From Candidatus Calditenuaceae archaeon HR02 (lineage in GTDB: Archaea; Thermoproteota; Nitrososphaeria_A; Caldarchaeales; Calditenuaceae), in assembly GCA_002898395.1 (NCBI GenBank), contig BEHE01000010.1, positions 14,976-78,975 of the forward strand: a stretch of 64,000 nucleotides of DNA, written 5' to 3'. The stretch's first letter is position 1. Every line of letters starts with the position of its first letter. The translations under genes and the position numbers were made by a program. Positions 48,010-58,495 of this stretch are shown here, one piece after another. Under the pieces are notes generated by a model. It was not told the origin of the DNA. It was given only the letters and a program-made list of their open reading frames with translations, and did not search any database.

Positions 48010-48780
48010 TCACTCCAGCCTCGGTGCTATGAGGTATTCGAGCCTGCCTGCGGGGAGTGTGAAGGTCAGCTTTACGGGCTTGTTGCTGCTCAACTGTATA
48101 AGCGTCTCCTCGGACAGATCCCTACCAGGCTTAACTATCCGCTCCAGGTAGGCTAGACTAAAACTTGCTACAACCTCGTGGGGAGCCTCCACCTCGTATA
48201 CTAGCGCGCCGTCCCTTGAGAGCTTGTTCTCGACCACGCCCATGTCGCCCTTAGCCATCAGTATCACAGCGGAGGGCTGGATGATTATCTTAACGGAGTC
48301 GGAGACTAGGCTTGCATCCTCCACGGCCTCCCATAGCGCCTCCGAGTTTACCCTTGCCCTCGCCTCGAAGACTAGCTTGGGAGAGGCACTGGTGCCCGCG
48401 ACGGGTTCGAGCGTGTTGAGCTGGTATCTCCTCTCCCGCGACTTGGTCGGGTCTGTCAGGATTATATCCAGCTTCCTCTTCTCCTCTTCGTATACGAGTG
48501 TCAGGGACTCACCCTTCTTAGCCCTCTTGAGGAATTTGAGTAGCTCCTGAAGGTTGACTGTCAGCTCTGTCTCCTTGTCTGCCACGAACTCCTCGGCGGC
48601 CTCCTTCCTCAGCTCAAAGTCTACAAGACTCACGTGAGCTGGATCCATAGACACGAGCCTCAACGAGTCTTGAGTAATCTTGAATGAGGCCTCATCAACT
48701 ACAGCGGCAACTGCCTTAAAGAGGTCTGCGGCATAATCTGCGTTAGGGATCCTCATAGTAAACATGGTGCTCCCTCCCAC
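48010..48780 (-). CDS. pcn: DNA polymerase sliding clamp PCNA
   Basis: MDPAHVSLVDF, FSLAYL, C-terminal YLIAPRLE. Confidence 0.95.
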   Translation of the reverse strand: MGGSTMFTMRIPNADYAADLFKAVAAVVDEASFKITQDSLRLVSMDPAHVSLVDFELRKEAAEEFVADKETELTVNLQELLKFLKRAKKGESLTLVYEEEKRKLDIILTDPTKSRERRYQLNTLEPVAGTSASPKLVFEARARVNSEALWEAVEDASLVSDSVKIIIQPSAVILMAKGDMGVVENKLSRDGALVYEVEAPHEVVASFSLAYLERIVKPGRDLSEETLIQLSSNKPVKLTFTLPAGRLEYLIAPRLE

Positions 48781-48829
48781 TTATTAGTTACTGGTCTCCT
48801 TGCTTAAAATATTTGGCTGTAAGCGGTGC

Positions 48830-49080
48830 GGGAAGCCTATGCTGGCTATACCTGGGAAATAGCTTCAGAAGCCAAGTGGCCGGAAGCCTACTCTAAACTG
48901 ATATGTGCGAAGCGGGTGGTCTGCCGTAATTGCTAGTCAAATCCCTGCGGAGAGAATACATCCAAACCCTGTTAAGCTCATGTTGATGAGGGCATAGATA
49001 TAAGTCATCAAAAACCCAAGACCATATGCGAGAGCTTAAGGAGTGGTCCGACTTTGCTGTACTAGGCCCGATTGAGGGTT
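48830..49080 (+). pseudogene. LMW-PTP/ArsC-type arsenate reductase remnant
   Basis: LGNSFRSQVA, frameshift, EAY...PAERIHPNPVKLM, frameshift, DEGIDISHQKPKTI; P-loop Cys lost. Confidence 0.7.
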
Positions 49081-49246
49081 ACAGAAAGGTTAAGTGGACG
49101 CTCTAGGCTTTTCAAATACATTCTTTTCCCACCCCCTCACCGCCTAGTTATGTAGCCGTTAACTAAGCCTGCTAGATAAAACGTAGCCCGGAACCTATAA
49201 CTGACTTATATCCTAGTTTAAAGCATGGGCGCCGCACAGAAGGACC

Positions 49247-50044
49247 GTGCCGATCTTCAGTCCTGTTAAAGAGTCAGACATTACGAGAGCCATAGCCTCA
49301 TCCTTCATAGAGATGTTCAGCGAGTATGCGCGGAGCGACGTGATCGTGGTGGGTGCAGGCCCTGCGGGCCTAATGGCGGCTAGGGAGCTGGCGAGAAGTG
49401 GAGTACGCGTCCTAGTGATTGAGCAGAACAACTACCTCGGTGGGGGGTTCTGGATTGGAGGATATCTGATGAACCCTGTAACCTTCAGGGCTCCGGCCCA
49501 AGAGATACTCGACGAGCTCGAAGTTCCGTATAAGAAGTATGTCGAGGGGCTTTACGTGGCTCACGGACCGCATGCATGCTCTAAACTCATAGCCTCAGCC
49601 TGCGACGCCGGCGTCAAATTCCTCAACCTGACAAAGCTCGACGACGTTGTTGTTAGGGATAATGCTGTGAGGGGTGTTGTGGTTAACTGGACCCCAGTCG
49701 AGGGTCTTCCAAGACAGATCACTTGTGTCGACCCGATAGCCTTGGAGGCCAGCCTTGTGATCGACGCCTCCGGGCATGACGCTGCTGCGGTGAAAAAGCT
49801 TGAGGCGCGAGGCCTTGTTAAGATTAGGGGGATGGGGGCGATGTGGGTGGAGAGGTCTGAGGACGCCGTGGTCGAGTATACCGGCGTTGTCTACCCGGGG
49901 CTGATAGTCGCTGGAATGGCCGTGGTGGAGACCTATGGTCTACCTAGGATGGGGCCGACCTTCGGGGCGATGCTGCTGTCTGGCAGGAGGGCGGCTGAGA
50001 TAGCCCTAGAAGAGCTCAAGAGGCTGGAGGCCGAGACCGTCTAG
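49247..50044 (+). CDS. thi4: thiazole biosynthesis enzyme Thi4
   Basis: [40 protein letters not shown]. Confidence 0.95.
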   Translation: MPIFSPVKESDITRAIASSFIEMFSEYARSDVIVVGAGPAGLMAARELARSGVRVLVIEQNNYLGGGFWIGGYLMNPVTFRAPAQEILDELEVPYKKYVEGLYVAHGPHACSKLIASACDAGVKFLNLTKLDDVVVRDNAVRGVVVNWTPVEGLPRQITCVDPIALEASLVIDASGHDAAAVKKLEARGLVKIRGMGAMWVERSEDAVVEYTGVVYPGLIVAGMAVVETYGLPRMGPTFGAMLLSGRRAAEIALEELKRLEAETV

Positions 50045-50059
50045 CGCGCTGGGAAACAT

Positions 50060-50893
50060 TTGTCCCTTAAGCCCTACAGAGGGCTCAGGCTATACATCTA
50101 CAAAGACCCGTCTACGCGGGCAATCAGATATCCCGAGCTGACCTGGTACCTCCAAGAACACATTCCCCACTGCACCGTCGAGGTTAGGGATGAATTCCTA
50201 ACATACGCCCGTGAGCACTGGGGCGCCGAGCCGCGGCGCCTCTCACCAGCGATAGCCTCTGCTAGGGTTATCGATGTTTTGAGATGTGAACCTGTAGGTG
50301 AACCTCTGCCAGGCGAGGTTACATTCGAGGAGAGAATACTGTCAGACCCGGCTAGGAGGGTTGGGGGTGTCCTCTACGAGGGCTATACACTCCAAAACCT
50401 CTTCCAATCACTCATCCCACGCGAAGAGCTAAGACTCGGGATACTACACGCTATACTGACTCAGAGGATGCTAGTCACAAAGGAGCTGGGCGACGGGAGG
50501 GGCCACGCTAGGACCATTATTCTGGGCCAGCCCGTCCTCATCTCGACGACAGGGCTCGTGGAGGCCCCAGCCCTCCCCAGGGAGGTCTACGTCAAGCTAC
50601 AGCTCTTCAGGAGCCCCGATATGCAGCAGCTCCTCCTCGAGGAGGAGAGGCGAAAGCTAGGGGAACTAGTCCTCTCACCAGATGATGAGAGGTTAACAGA
50701 GGTTGTCAAGGGCTACGTGCTTATGGGAGTCTTCTACTACCTCTTCGGCGAGGCCTTCTGCGACGACATGAGGTGCAGACTATACAATGCCCACACCCAT
50801 GAGGAGCTGGTTGAGGCTCAGATCAGAAGCGGGAGACTCTGCACCACTCATCAGCAGATGCTAGACTCTCTGAAAACAGCTCCAGCAACCTAG
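50060..50893 (+). CDS. putative archaeal metallopeptidase-like protein (DUF6775-like)
   Basis: HAR, ISTTGLVEAPA, FC....CRLYNAH, C..H. Confidence 0.7.
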   Translation: MSLKPYRGLRLYIYKDPSTRAIRYPELTWYLQEHIPHCTVEVRDEFLTYAREHWGAEPRRLSPAIASARVIDVLRCEPVGEPLPGEVTFEERILSDPARRVGGVLYEGYTLQNLFQSLIPREELRLGILHAILTQRMLVTKELGDGRGHARTIILGQPVLISTTGLVEAPALPREVYVKLQLFRSPDMQQLLLEEERRKLGELVLSPDDERLTEVVKGYVLMGVFYYLFGEAFCDDMRCRLYNAHTHEELVEAQIRSGRLCTTHQQMLDSLKTAPAT

Positions 50894-50894
50894 G

Positions 50895-51866
50895 CTATTC
50901 CTCAACCATAGGGAAAACCCGCTTAGCGTTACCGTAGGTCATCTTCCAGAGAATCTTATCGGAGACCGAGTTCTCCAGAAGCCATCTGACACATCTGGAA
51001 TAGCTCTCAAGGCTTCTTATCCCTGAGAGGTATGGTGGTCCATACTTTTCCCACGGAGCATGCGGCGCGTGGTCTGTCTCGAGAAAGTCAACCTCATCGT
51101 TCCTGACCCGCTCAAGGAGTCCCTTAGCAAGCCCCTTCTCCCTAAGCGGCGGATTCACCTTAAGGGCTATGCCGCCGGGACCGGCCATATCCTCCACGCT
51201 CAGCATGAGATGGTGAGGAGTTACTCCACAGACCACGCGAAGGCCACGCTCTCTCGCCTCCTTGACATGGTCTAGGGACGCAGGGTTACTTATGTGGACG
51301 AAGTAGAGGGTCCCGGAGAACCCTGCCTCTATAGCTAGCGATATCTGGTCCTTGACAGACTCGGACTCCGCCTCCGGAGGTCTACAGAGGCTCCAAGTCC
51401 AGGGGTGGCTAGGGTCCCACAAATCCTCGCGAAAGAGGCTTGCCTTCTCGCAGTGAACCGCTATAACGCCTCCGTAGCCGAGCTCGGACAACCTCCGGTA
51501 GACGAGGCGCTGACTCTCGACGTCTCGTGCCTCAAGACCCTTCATGGGTGCAGTATACATTTTGAACCCTACCACCCGCCTTAGCTTCTTGGCGGCATCC
51601 ACCGCCTCCTCGAGCTGCCTCTCATCTGGAGTGGCTGCAAGGTATAGATAGTAGCCACTCTCTACACCCTCGCGCCTCGCGGTCTCTAGCCGCCTCTCCG
51701 CAAGCTCCAAACTCGTGATCGGTGGCACCGTGTTCGGCATATCGAGTATGGCTACTACTCCCTGACGCCTAGCAAGTTCCGCGACCTCCCTAATTGTCGA
51801 CTTGTAAGCCTCCCCCCAATCCCTACAGTGCACGTGCGGATCAATACATCTCCATTCCAGGGCCAA
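50895..51866 (-). CDS. pyrC: dihydroorotase
   Basis: IDPHVHCR, DMPNT.PP, VNPPLR, TDHAPH; in operon with pyrBI. Confidence 0.92.
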   Translation of the reverse strand: MALEWRCIDPHVHCRDWGEAYKSTIREVAELARRQGVVAILDMPNTVPPITSLELAERRLETARREGVESGYYLYLAATPDERQLEEAVDAAKKLRRVVGFKMYTAPMKGLEARDVESQRLVYRRLSELGYGGVIAVHCEKASLFREDLWDPSHPWTWSLCRPPEAESESVKDQISLAIEAGFSGTLYFVHISNPASLDHVKEARERGLRVVCGVTPHHLMLSVEDMAGPGGIALKVNPPLREKGLAKGLLERVRNDEVDFLETDHAPHAPWEKYGPPYLSGIRSLESYSRCVRWLLENSVSDKILWKMTYGNAKRVFPMVEE

Positions 51867-51878
51867 CCAGGGCTCACA

Positions 51879-52355
51879 CTAGTCGACCAGAAAATCTGGG
51901 ATCCTCTCTATCTCTAGTAAGGTATCGCAGTACTCGCAGGCTATGACGCCGTGCTCCTTCATAACGATGTAGCGCGGAGTCGCGGGCTCCCTCTCCACGT
52001 TGGTAATGCAGCTCGTCTCAGGGCATCGTATCTTACCCACGATCCTCTCAGGCAGGCCTGGGCTATGCTTCTTGACCTTCCAGTCCCTGATGTAGTTTAT
52101 GGTTATCTGTGGGAGGACGAGTGCAAGTATCTTGGCCTCATCCTCGCTGACCATGTAGTGGTATAGCTTTACGATGTCTTTCCTGCCGAGTTTTTTGCTA
52201 GGTACGTTATGAAGCACTATGACTGAGACGTCGGGGTCCTGTTTGAGGGATTCTAAGTTCAGGAGTTTTATCACTTGGTCCGCCTTCCAGGCCGGTATAT
52301 GGTCGAGGACTGTGCCCCAGTCAATTTTTCTAACTAGGAGCGACTCGCTACTCAT
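51879..52355 (-). CDS. pyrI: aspartate carbamoyltransferase regulatory subunit
   Basis: GTVLDHIP, GRKDIVK, CPETSCIT..E, CEYC. Confidence 0.93.
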   Translation of the reverse strand: MSSESLLVRKIDWGTVLDHIPAWKADQVIKLLNLESLKQDPDVSVIVLHNVPSKKLGRKDIVKLYHYMVSEDEAKILALVLPQITINYIRDWKVKKHSPGLPERIVGKIRCPETSCITNVEREPATPRYIVMKEHGVIACEYCDTLLEIERIPDFLVD

Positions 52356-53359
52356 CCTGCCCCACCAAGAACTAGGTGGAGGAGTGCTTTCCTTATAGGT
52401 AAACCATTCCTAGCTTGCTCAAAATACCACGCGTTGGGGAGCTTATCCACCTCGGGCGAGAGCTCGTCGACCCTGGGGAGCGGGTGCATGATGCCCAAAT
52501 CTCTCCTACCATAGGAGAGGAGTTTAGCGTCAACAACGTATGAGCCTCTCACGCGTTCGTACTCTGTCGGGTCAGGAAACCTCTCCTTCTGTATGCGCGT
52601 TACATACAAGACATCCAGATCAGGCATCACTTCCTTGATCTCATCAGCCGCCATCGCCTTCCTATAAGTCACGCCCCTCTCAGAGAGGTAGAGCTCCACC
52701 TCTCTTCTTACTTGGAGAAGTGGTGGCGCCATGAAAAATATCTCGACGCCGTTATAGTTTGCGAGGAGATAGCAGAGCGAGGGGATGGTCCTAGAGTATC
52801 TAAGGTCTCCCAGCATACCTATCTTGGCCCCGTCGACCCTGCCGAGCCTAGACTTGATTGTGAATACGTCCAATAAGGCCTGTGTGGGGTGTTCTTGGCT
52901 TCCGCTTCCAGCGTTGATGACAGGCACAGAAGTAGTCTCTGCCACGAACCTTGCCGAGCCGCGCGCAGGGTGTCTCAAAACAATACAGTCCACCCCATAC
53001 CCCTCAATCATCTTCACAGTATCATAGAGCGTCTCTCCCTTCGCGATAGAGGACACCGCAGGGTCATGTATCGAGAGGACTTCTGCGCCGAGCGACCTCG
53101 CAGCTACGTAGAAGCTTTGGAAAGTCCTCGTCGAAGGCTCGACAAAGATTAAAGCAACCCTCCTCCCGGCGAGGGTGTCCTCTAAATGAATGGTTCCGGA
53201 ATTGACCCCCTCAGCCAGCCTGAAGACTAGCTCCGCATCCTCTCGGCTTAGGTCCTTGCAGCTTATGATGTCCCGGCCAGCGAGAGTGTTTTTGAGGCCC
53301 AGTGGGGCTCCAACCTCTCGCCCCCCACTTAGTGATGAGGGCAAAACTAAACCCACCAA
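52352..53359 (-). CDS. pyrB: aspartate carbamoyltransferase catalytic subunit
   Basis: EPSTRT, KGETLYDT, HPTQALLD, RIQKERF, HPLPRVDE. Confidence 0.96.
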   Translation of the reverse strand: MVGLVLPSSLSGGREVGAPLGLKNTLAGRDIISCKDLSREDAELVFRLAEGVNSGTIHLEDTLAGRRVALIFVEPSTRTFQSFYVAARSLGAEVLSIHDPAVSSIAKGETLYDTVKMIEGYGVDCIVLRHPARGSARFVAETTSVPVINAGSGSQEHPTQALLDVFTIKSRLGRVDGAKIGMLGDLRYSRTIPSLCYLLANYNGVEIFFMAPPLLQVRREVELYLSERGVTYRKAMAADEIKEVMPDLDVLYVTRIQKERFPDPTEYERVRGSYVVDAKLLSYGRRDLGIMHPLPRVDELSPEVDKLPNAWYFEQARNGLPIRKALLHLVLGGAG

Positions 53360-53426
53360 CTCGTACGGTTGGCGCGGATTTAAGCATATACCAGGAAAAT
53401 TTTCGATAGGAGCCAGGGTGGCGAAA

Positions 53427-53765
53427 CTATGGTTTTATGCCAAAGGCCCGGGCAAGGGCCTCAAAACGCCTAAACTCTTCTATAAACTTGGCTCCGTTCA
53501 CGGTTAAAGTATAGACGGGTTGGCCACCATCCCGCCTCTCTAGGAGGCCGCGGTTTACGAGCTCATCCAAATACTTCACAAGCCTGTCATGCGGAAGATT
53601 CGCATCCCTCATGATCGTTGTTATTCGGGCGGCGCCCTCAGAGGAAACAGACTCCAAAATATCCACGTAGATTCTAAGCCTAGACCTGTATTCTTTCCCC
53701 CCACGCGGTCGGTCCTCCCCAATTGGCGCCATACCTGAACTAACACCATCCTCCGCGGCTCTCAA
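53427..53765 (-). CDS. small winged-helix transcriptional regulator
   Basis: YRSRLRIYVDIL..TTIMRDANL..YLDEL..YTLT.NG. Confidence 0.8.
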   Translation of the reverse strand: MRAAEDGVSSGMAPIGEDRPRGGKEYRSRLRIYVDILESVSSEGAARITTIMRDANLPHDRLVKYLDELVNRGLLERRDGGQPVYTLTVNGAKFIEEFRRFEALARAFGIKP

Positions 53766-53775
53766 AAAGGCTCAT

Positions 53776-55623
53776 CTAGCTTTTCTCCAATTTAGACGCG
53801 TTTGTCCCTTTTCTACCACCTATGCTGAATACACGTATCCTCTCCCCCTTTAAGAGGCTCTTCATGGTCGCTACCCCCACATCTCCCTTCTTCGAGAGCC
53901 TGATCCTTCCCCCCTTACCCACAGTAGCCAATGTTACGAACTTGTCTCCGACATAAATTGCGACCTTCTCACCCTCCCTCTCCACCGGTAACCTGAGCTC
54001 AAGGGAGGCGCCCCCCTCGCTAACAGTACACTCTATCTCCTCGCCCGTGGTCAGGAGTTTTGGGACTAGTTCGATCTCGACCCCGAGTCTCTTTTCAAGC
54101 CTCCTAATACTCTTAGCATGGTGTTTGAGAAGCCTCGCTAAGTCCTCCCGCTCACACTTGACCACGACCTTCTCGCCCTCTAGCGAGACTTGAAAATCCC
54201 TGAGAAACCGTCCCAGGGTCCTTGACACGACACTCACAGCCCTCTCAACGTCAACGGCCTTTATCTCTCGGTCTGACAGTTTAACCACTGTGACCTGCTC
54301 CCCAAAAACATAGATCTCATACTCTAGCCTCGAGGTTTCTAGGTCTACTACCTCGACTATGGGCCTCGCCAGGTCCCTGTCAGACATGCCTGTGGGTACT
54401 CGGACAGCCTGTCTGAGCTCGTAAACCCTGTCAACCCGGCCATCCCTTATGAAGATGACCGTGTCAACTATGTAGGGGAGGAGTCCGAGGTCAATTTTAG
54501 AGATGAAGCGCTGAATCGCGTCTATTGGGTCGCTCGCATGTATCACGCCGACCATCCCCACTCCCGCAAGCCTCATGTCTACATAGACTTGGAAGTCCCT
54601 CTGCTTTCTCATCTCGTCGAATATGGTGAAGTCGGGCCTGATTAAGAGGAGAATCTCGGCGCTTTTTTCGAAATCGCCCTCCAGCGGTCCGAACTGCGTT
54701 ATCTCGGGACCCACCTGAAGGTCTCGCGGCGATTCAAAAGTCTTGACAATCTTTCCGAGGCTCCAATAGTATTCGGCGAGGCTTGAGGCGAATGTCGTCT
54801 TGCCCGAGCCAGGCGGGCCAGCTATGAGTATACCCTCCGCCTTGGTGGATAGGCGTTGAAAGAGCTTCTCCGATAGGTTATAGTCATGTATCGTAAGCTT
54901 GGTTATCGGTCTTACAATCGTTATCTCGATGTCGTCGCTGAAAGGAGGCCTAGTCATCGAGACGCGGTACTGGCCCATCTGGATGACGGACGCCCCACTC
55001 CTAGAGATCTCCACCGACGAGTCTTCACTGTGCTGCACCAGCCACATGATGTCGTTAATCATTGCTTCAGCCTCTTCGCGGGTAAAGGGCTCTTCTCTAA
55101 GTTTGACGAGGGCGAAGCTCCCGGGCCTACCCCTCTTCGCCATGGGGGGTGCACCAACCTTCAGGTGGAGGCTCATAGTGTCCTCTGTAAAATATTGCTG
55201 GAAGGGCGGCTCCCTCCTCGGCTCCACCACCTTAAAGTGCCTAGCGGCGACCCCCTCAGCCTCCGCCACAAGGTACTGGACGTAGTCTGAGGTGTAGAGG
55301 GTTCCACCCTCCTTACGGGCCACATCCCGGATAAGCGCGTCTATCCTCCCGCCTCGCGCCAGTCTGATGTCCTCCAGGCTAGGCCTCTCACCCGCAAACC
55401 TAACCTCAACTCCATGCGCCGCGGCAAGCTCCCTAATCCGTTTCACCTCACCGATCCCAACAAAACCCTCAGCCCTACCCCTCGAAGCCTGTGCCTGAAG
55501 CTCATCTAGCGCGGCCATAGGTATCACTATCTCGACATCCCTCAGCTCTCCGCGCTCCAACATGGAGGAGAGAATCCGGTTAATCAGCACACTAGTGTCC
55601 GGAACTATCTTCTCCCTGCTCAA
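53776..55623 (-). CDS. PIN-domain ATPase with KH domain (PINA, Holliday-junction branch migration ATPase family)
   Basis: IVPDTSVLI (PIN), AGPPGSGKTTF, ESPRDL, FDEMR, GMVGVIHA. Confidence 0.9.
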   Translation of the reverse strand: MSREKIVPDTSVLINRILSSMLERGELRDVEIVIPMAALDELQAQASRGRAEGFVGIGEVKRIRELAAAHGVEVRFAGERPSLEDIRLARGGRIDALIRDVARKEGGTLYTSDYVQYLVAEAEGVAARHFKVVEPRREPPFQQYFTEDTMSLHLKVGAPPMAKRGRPGSFALVKLREEPFTREEAEAMINDIMWLVQHSEDSSVEISRSGASVIQMGQYRVSMTRPPFSDDIEITIVRPITKLTIHDYNLSEKLFQRLSTKAEGILIAGPPGSGKTTFASSLAEYYWSLGKIVKTFESPRDLQVGPEITQFGPLEGDFEKSAEILLLIRPDFTIFDEMRKQRDFQVYVDMRLAGVGMVGVIHASDPIDAIQRFISKIDLGLLPYIVDTVIFIRDGRVDRVYELRQAVRVPTGMSDRDLARPIVEVVDLETSRLEYEIYVFGEQVTVVKLSDREIKAVDVERAVSVVSRTLGRFLRDFQVSLEGEKVVVKCEREDLARLLKHHAKSIRRLEKRLGVEIELVPKLLTTGEEIECTVSEGGASLELRLPVEREGEKVAIYVGDKFVTLATVGKGGRIRLSKKGDVGVATMKSLLKGERIRVFSIGGRKGTNASKLEKS

Positions 55624-55723
55624 CCCGTCAAGTAATAGGTTGGTAAGGACTATTTATCAGGTGAGAGGACAAGGTGTTTTGAGGAGATAAGGATAAGAGG
55701 ACAGAAGTCTATCTATTGGCTGG

Positions 55724-56299
55724 ATGCTTAACAGGCTGCGTCCGAGGTTAGATCCCTTCGTTCCAACAGGCTGGGATTTGGTTGGAAAGATCATAGACTT
55801 CGCGGGGCCTGGTGAGGACTCTGTAGTCGTAGACCTCGGCTCAGGCGATGGAAGACTCGTCATTGAGGCAGCCAAGAGATACGGTTCTCTCTCTATGGGT
55901 ATTGAGCTCAACCCACATCTGGTAGAGATAGCTAAGAGGAGGGCGGGGGAGCTTAGACTGGAGAACGTGGCCTTCCTAAACACTGACGTAAGAGTGGTCA
56001 GCCTCCAGGGTGTCACACACATTGTAGCCTACCTCACAAGCAGAGCGTTAAAGAAGATTGAGCACGTGCTTCTAACGGCTCCAAAAGACGCAGTCATTGT
56101 GACGCATAATTACCCTATTCGCGGCTGGATCCCCATTGAGGTTTTGGAGACATGGTCAAGCAGTGATGGGAAACTGCATAGGCTCTACAAATATACTCCA
56201 AGGCTGAGTGCGCCAGCTTCCAAGCAAGCTAGACCTCCAGAGACGAGGGCCCTGAGGCTAGACACTGTTCTAAACTCACTTAAGGCCCGGCACCTCTGA
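55724..56299 (+). CDS. SAM-dependent (protein-lysine type) methyltransferase
   Basis: PFVPT, DLGSGDGRLVI, GIELN. Confidence 0.85.
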   Translation: MLNRLRPRLDPFVPTGWDLVGKIIDFAGPGEDSVVVDLGSGDGRLVIEAAKRYGSLSMGIELNPHLVEIAKRRAGELRLENVAFLNTDVRVVSLQGVTHIVAYLTSRALKKIEHVLLTAPKDAVIVTHNYPIRGWIPIEVLETWSSSDGKLHRLYKYTPRLSAPASKQARPPETRALRLDTVLNSLKARHL

Positions 56300-57316
56300 G
56301 GCATGGCGCGGCAGTTTATTAAAATGGGTCCTCAGCCTCTTCAATACATAGTAAGTAAGCATAGCTCCACTTACTAGTAGCGTTAAGTAATATGTAAGTA
56401 TCCGCCACAGTATGACTGCAGTCCACGAATAAACCCCTAGGACCCTGCTGGAGAAGAGGTAGACTCCGGCCTCGGTCAAGCCCGCGCCACCGGCAGTCAC
56501 GGGAAGGACTCCTAATGTATTCCCTGCGTGAAAAGCGTAGATTGCGTCCACGAATCTTATCGCCGTATAGCTCGAGAAGACTGCGTAGAGTGTGACGGCG
56601 GGTATAAGCATCACGACCACCGTAGCGGATAGGAGGCCTGCGGAAATTGATTTACCCCGACTAAAAATCAGCGGCTTGAGAAAACCCTGCGGGTCAGGGC
56701 CTGGCTGTTTAAACATATTTAATACTCCTCCAAATACTGGTAGGCGCCCCTCAATCCGGCTTATCAATCTGTTGAGGCGCGCCAATCCCCGATGCCTAGA
56801 TTGCGTAAGCAAGGCGGTGACCAGTATGAGCTGTAGAGCAGGTATGGTGACCAGCACCATCGCCACGCTTATCACGCCATGGGACATGGCTGCGAAACCT
56901 GATAGGAGGGCTATCGGGGCAGCGACCAGCACGTCTAGAATTAGCTCGACGAACGCTATCCAGAGGGCTACGACAGGGTTCTCTCCCCTCTCCATCAGTA
57001 TCCACGCCCTGACGGCCTCGTCTGCCATGAAGGGGATGGTGGTCAGTGCAAAGAACTCGCTCACACCCCTAACCATGAACGCTTCGCCCATACTCATAGA
57101 CGTGGTCGAGTAATGCCGCACCAACAGGTGAAATCTCAGCCCCTGTGCTAGAAGCCTGGCTAGGCACAGGCCCATAGACAGCAGTAGAAGAGAGGGGCGG
57201 ATGGAGAGCACTGTTGCCAGCGGTATATTAAACAGCATGATAATGAGGAACGTTATACCTATACTGAATACGAGACCGGCCAGGGATCTTTTGAGAAGGT
57301 GCCTCCCCCCACTCAT
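56276..57316 (-). CDS. UPF0104/lysylphosphatidylglycerol-synthase TM (flippase-like) protein
   Basis: LPVTAGGAGLTE, LWRILTYY; many TM helices. Confidence 0.85.
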   Translation of the reverse strand: MSGGRHLLKRSLAGLVFSIGITFLIIMLFNIPLATVLSIRPSLLLLSMGLCLARLLAQGLRFHLLVRHYSTTSMSMGEAFMVRGVSEFFALTTIPFMADEAVRAWILMERGENPVVALWIAFVELILDVLVAAPIALLSGFAAMSHGVISVAMVLVTIPALQLILVTALLTQSRHRGLARLNRLISRIEGRLPVFGGVLNMFKQPGPDPQGFLKPLIFSRGKSISAGLLSATVVVMLIPAVTLYAVFSSYTAIRFVDAIYAFHAGNTLGVLPVTAGGAGLTEAGVYLFSSRVLGVYSWTAVILWRILTYYLTLLVSGAMLTYYVLKRLRTHFNKLPRHASEVPGLK

Positions 57317-57864
57317 CTCCTAGCCACCACACAGATCGACTGTTGAAGGGGGATTAGCCTATGTGAGCGTAGGAGGCGTAGCGGCCAGAATATGTGCAGG
57401 TGGAGCGGTATACGCTTCTCCACCCTCAACCCATTTCTTCTAAGCATCTTCTCCAGGCTAGACCAGTTGAAGTGGTGTATGTGTGTCCTGTCTGCGAAGC
57501 TGTCGTAAATCCCAAACCCGCGGGTGTTGGGAGTTGTAATTAACAGCTTGCCGCGATCCTTGAGAACCCTTACACACTCCCTCAGGGCAGCATCCGCATC
57601 GGCTACATGCTCGAGGACATCCAACATGACAATGACTTCAAAACATGAGTCGCGGAAGGGTAGCCTCACAGCGTCGGCGAGAATATTCGGTCTCACCGAC
57701 GCATCTACATCCACACCCACGTACTCCGGACCCCTATAATAGCTCTCGTACAGCCGTGGTCCACACCCGATCTCTAGAACCCTATGGGCATGCCTTGTAA
57801 AAGCCTCGACCAGCTCAGCTTTGTAGCGCCTAAACCTGTGAGGCTCGATCCGCAGCAGAGGCAT
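57313..57864 (-). CDS. class I SAM-dependent methyltransferase
   Basis: VLEIGCG, LPF.D..F, VLEHV, ITTPN. Confidence 0.85.
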   Translation of the reverse strand: MPLLRIEPHRFRRYKAELVEAFTRHAHRVLEIGCGPRLYESYYRGPEYVGVDVDASVRPNILADAVRLPFRDSCFEVIVMLDVLEHVADADAALRECVRVLKDRGKLLITTPNTRGFGIYDSFADRTHIHHFNWSSLEKMLRRNGLRVEKRIPLHLHIFWPLRLLRSHRLIPLQQSICVVARR

Positions 57865-57953
57865 CCGACCCTCCCCACCCCTCCATAATAGGATAGCCTT
57901 TTCGGTTTTCCGGCTAAATACTTTAAAACCCAGGCTCATAAATTGATTAATCC

Positions 57954-58403
57954 GTGCGGAGGCGCGTGGCCGTCGGCTCAGATGACCGGTATATCGCGGC
58001 GGTGGAGGCGGTCAGGTATCTTTCAGAGAAGGGGTTTGAGGTCGTCGAGCTAGGGTCCCTCAAGAGTGGAAAGACAGAACCATGGCCCGAGGTTGGCTTC
58101 GAGGTTGGGCGTATGGTCGCGGAGGGGAAGGTGGATTGGGGGATAGTAGTGTGCTACACCGGTACTGGTGTCTCAATCGCCGCTAACAAGGTCAAGGGAG
58201 TTAGAGCTGCCCTCTGCTTCGACGCTCAGACAGCCCGCGGAGCCCGTCTCTGGAACGACGCCAACGTGCTAGCCATGAGCGGGAGGCTCACGACACCCGA
58301 GGTTGCTCGGGAGATAATAGACGCTTGGCTTGCTGTAGAGAATATTGATGAGAGCGAGAGGCAAAATATTGAAAGGCTGAAGATGGCGGACGGGTCTAAA
58401 TAA
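57954..58403 (+). CDS. rpiB: RpiB/LacA/LacB family sugar-phosphate isomerase
   Basis: CYTGTGVSIAANKVKGVRAALC, NDANVL. Confidence 0.9.
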   Translation: MRRRVAVGSDDRYIAAVEAVRYLSEKGFEVVELGSLKSGKTEPWPEVGFEVGRMVAEGKVDWGIVVCYTGTGVSIAANKVKGVRAALCFDAQTARGARLWNDANVLAMSGRLTTPEVAREIIDAWLAVENIDESERQNIERLKMADGSK

Positions 58404-58495
58404 TGCTATTTCAGTTCGGATCGTAATAAAGCAATGAACCTTAATAATATCCCAGTTGGTGGTGAGCGTGAGAGCTGGTGTGTCCATGGTAGCTG

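Noticed and set aside
48790-49240. TPP riboswitch upstream of thi4
   Set aside because: No CUGAGA or CUGAU core; most of the spacer is explained by the arsC-like pseudogene.
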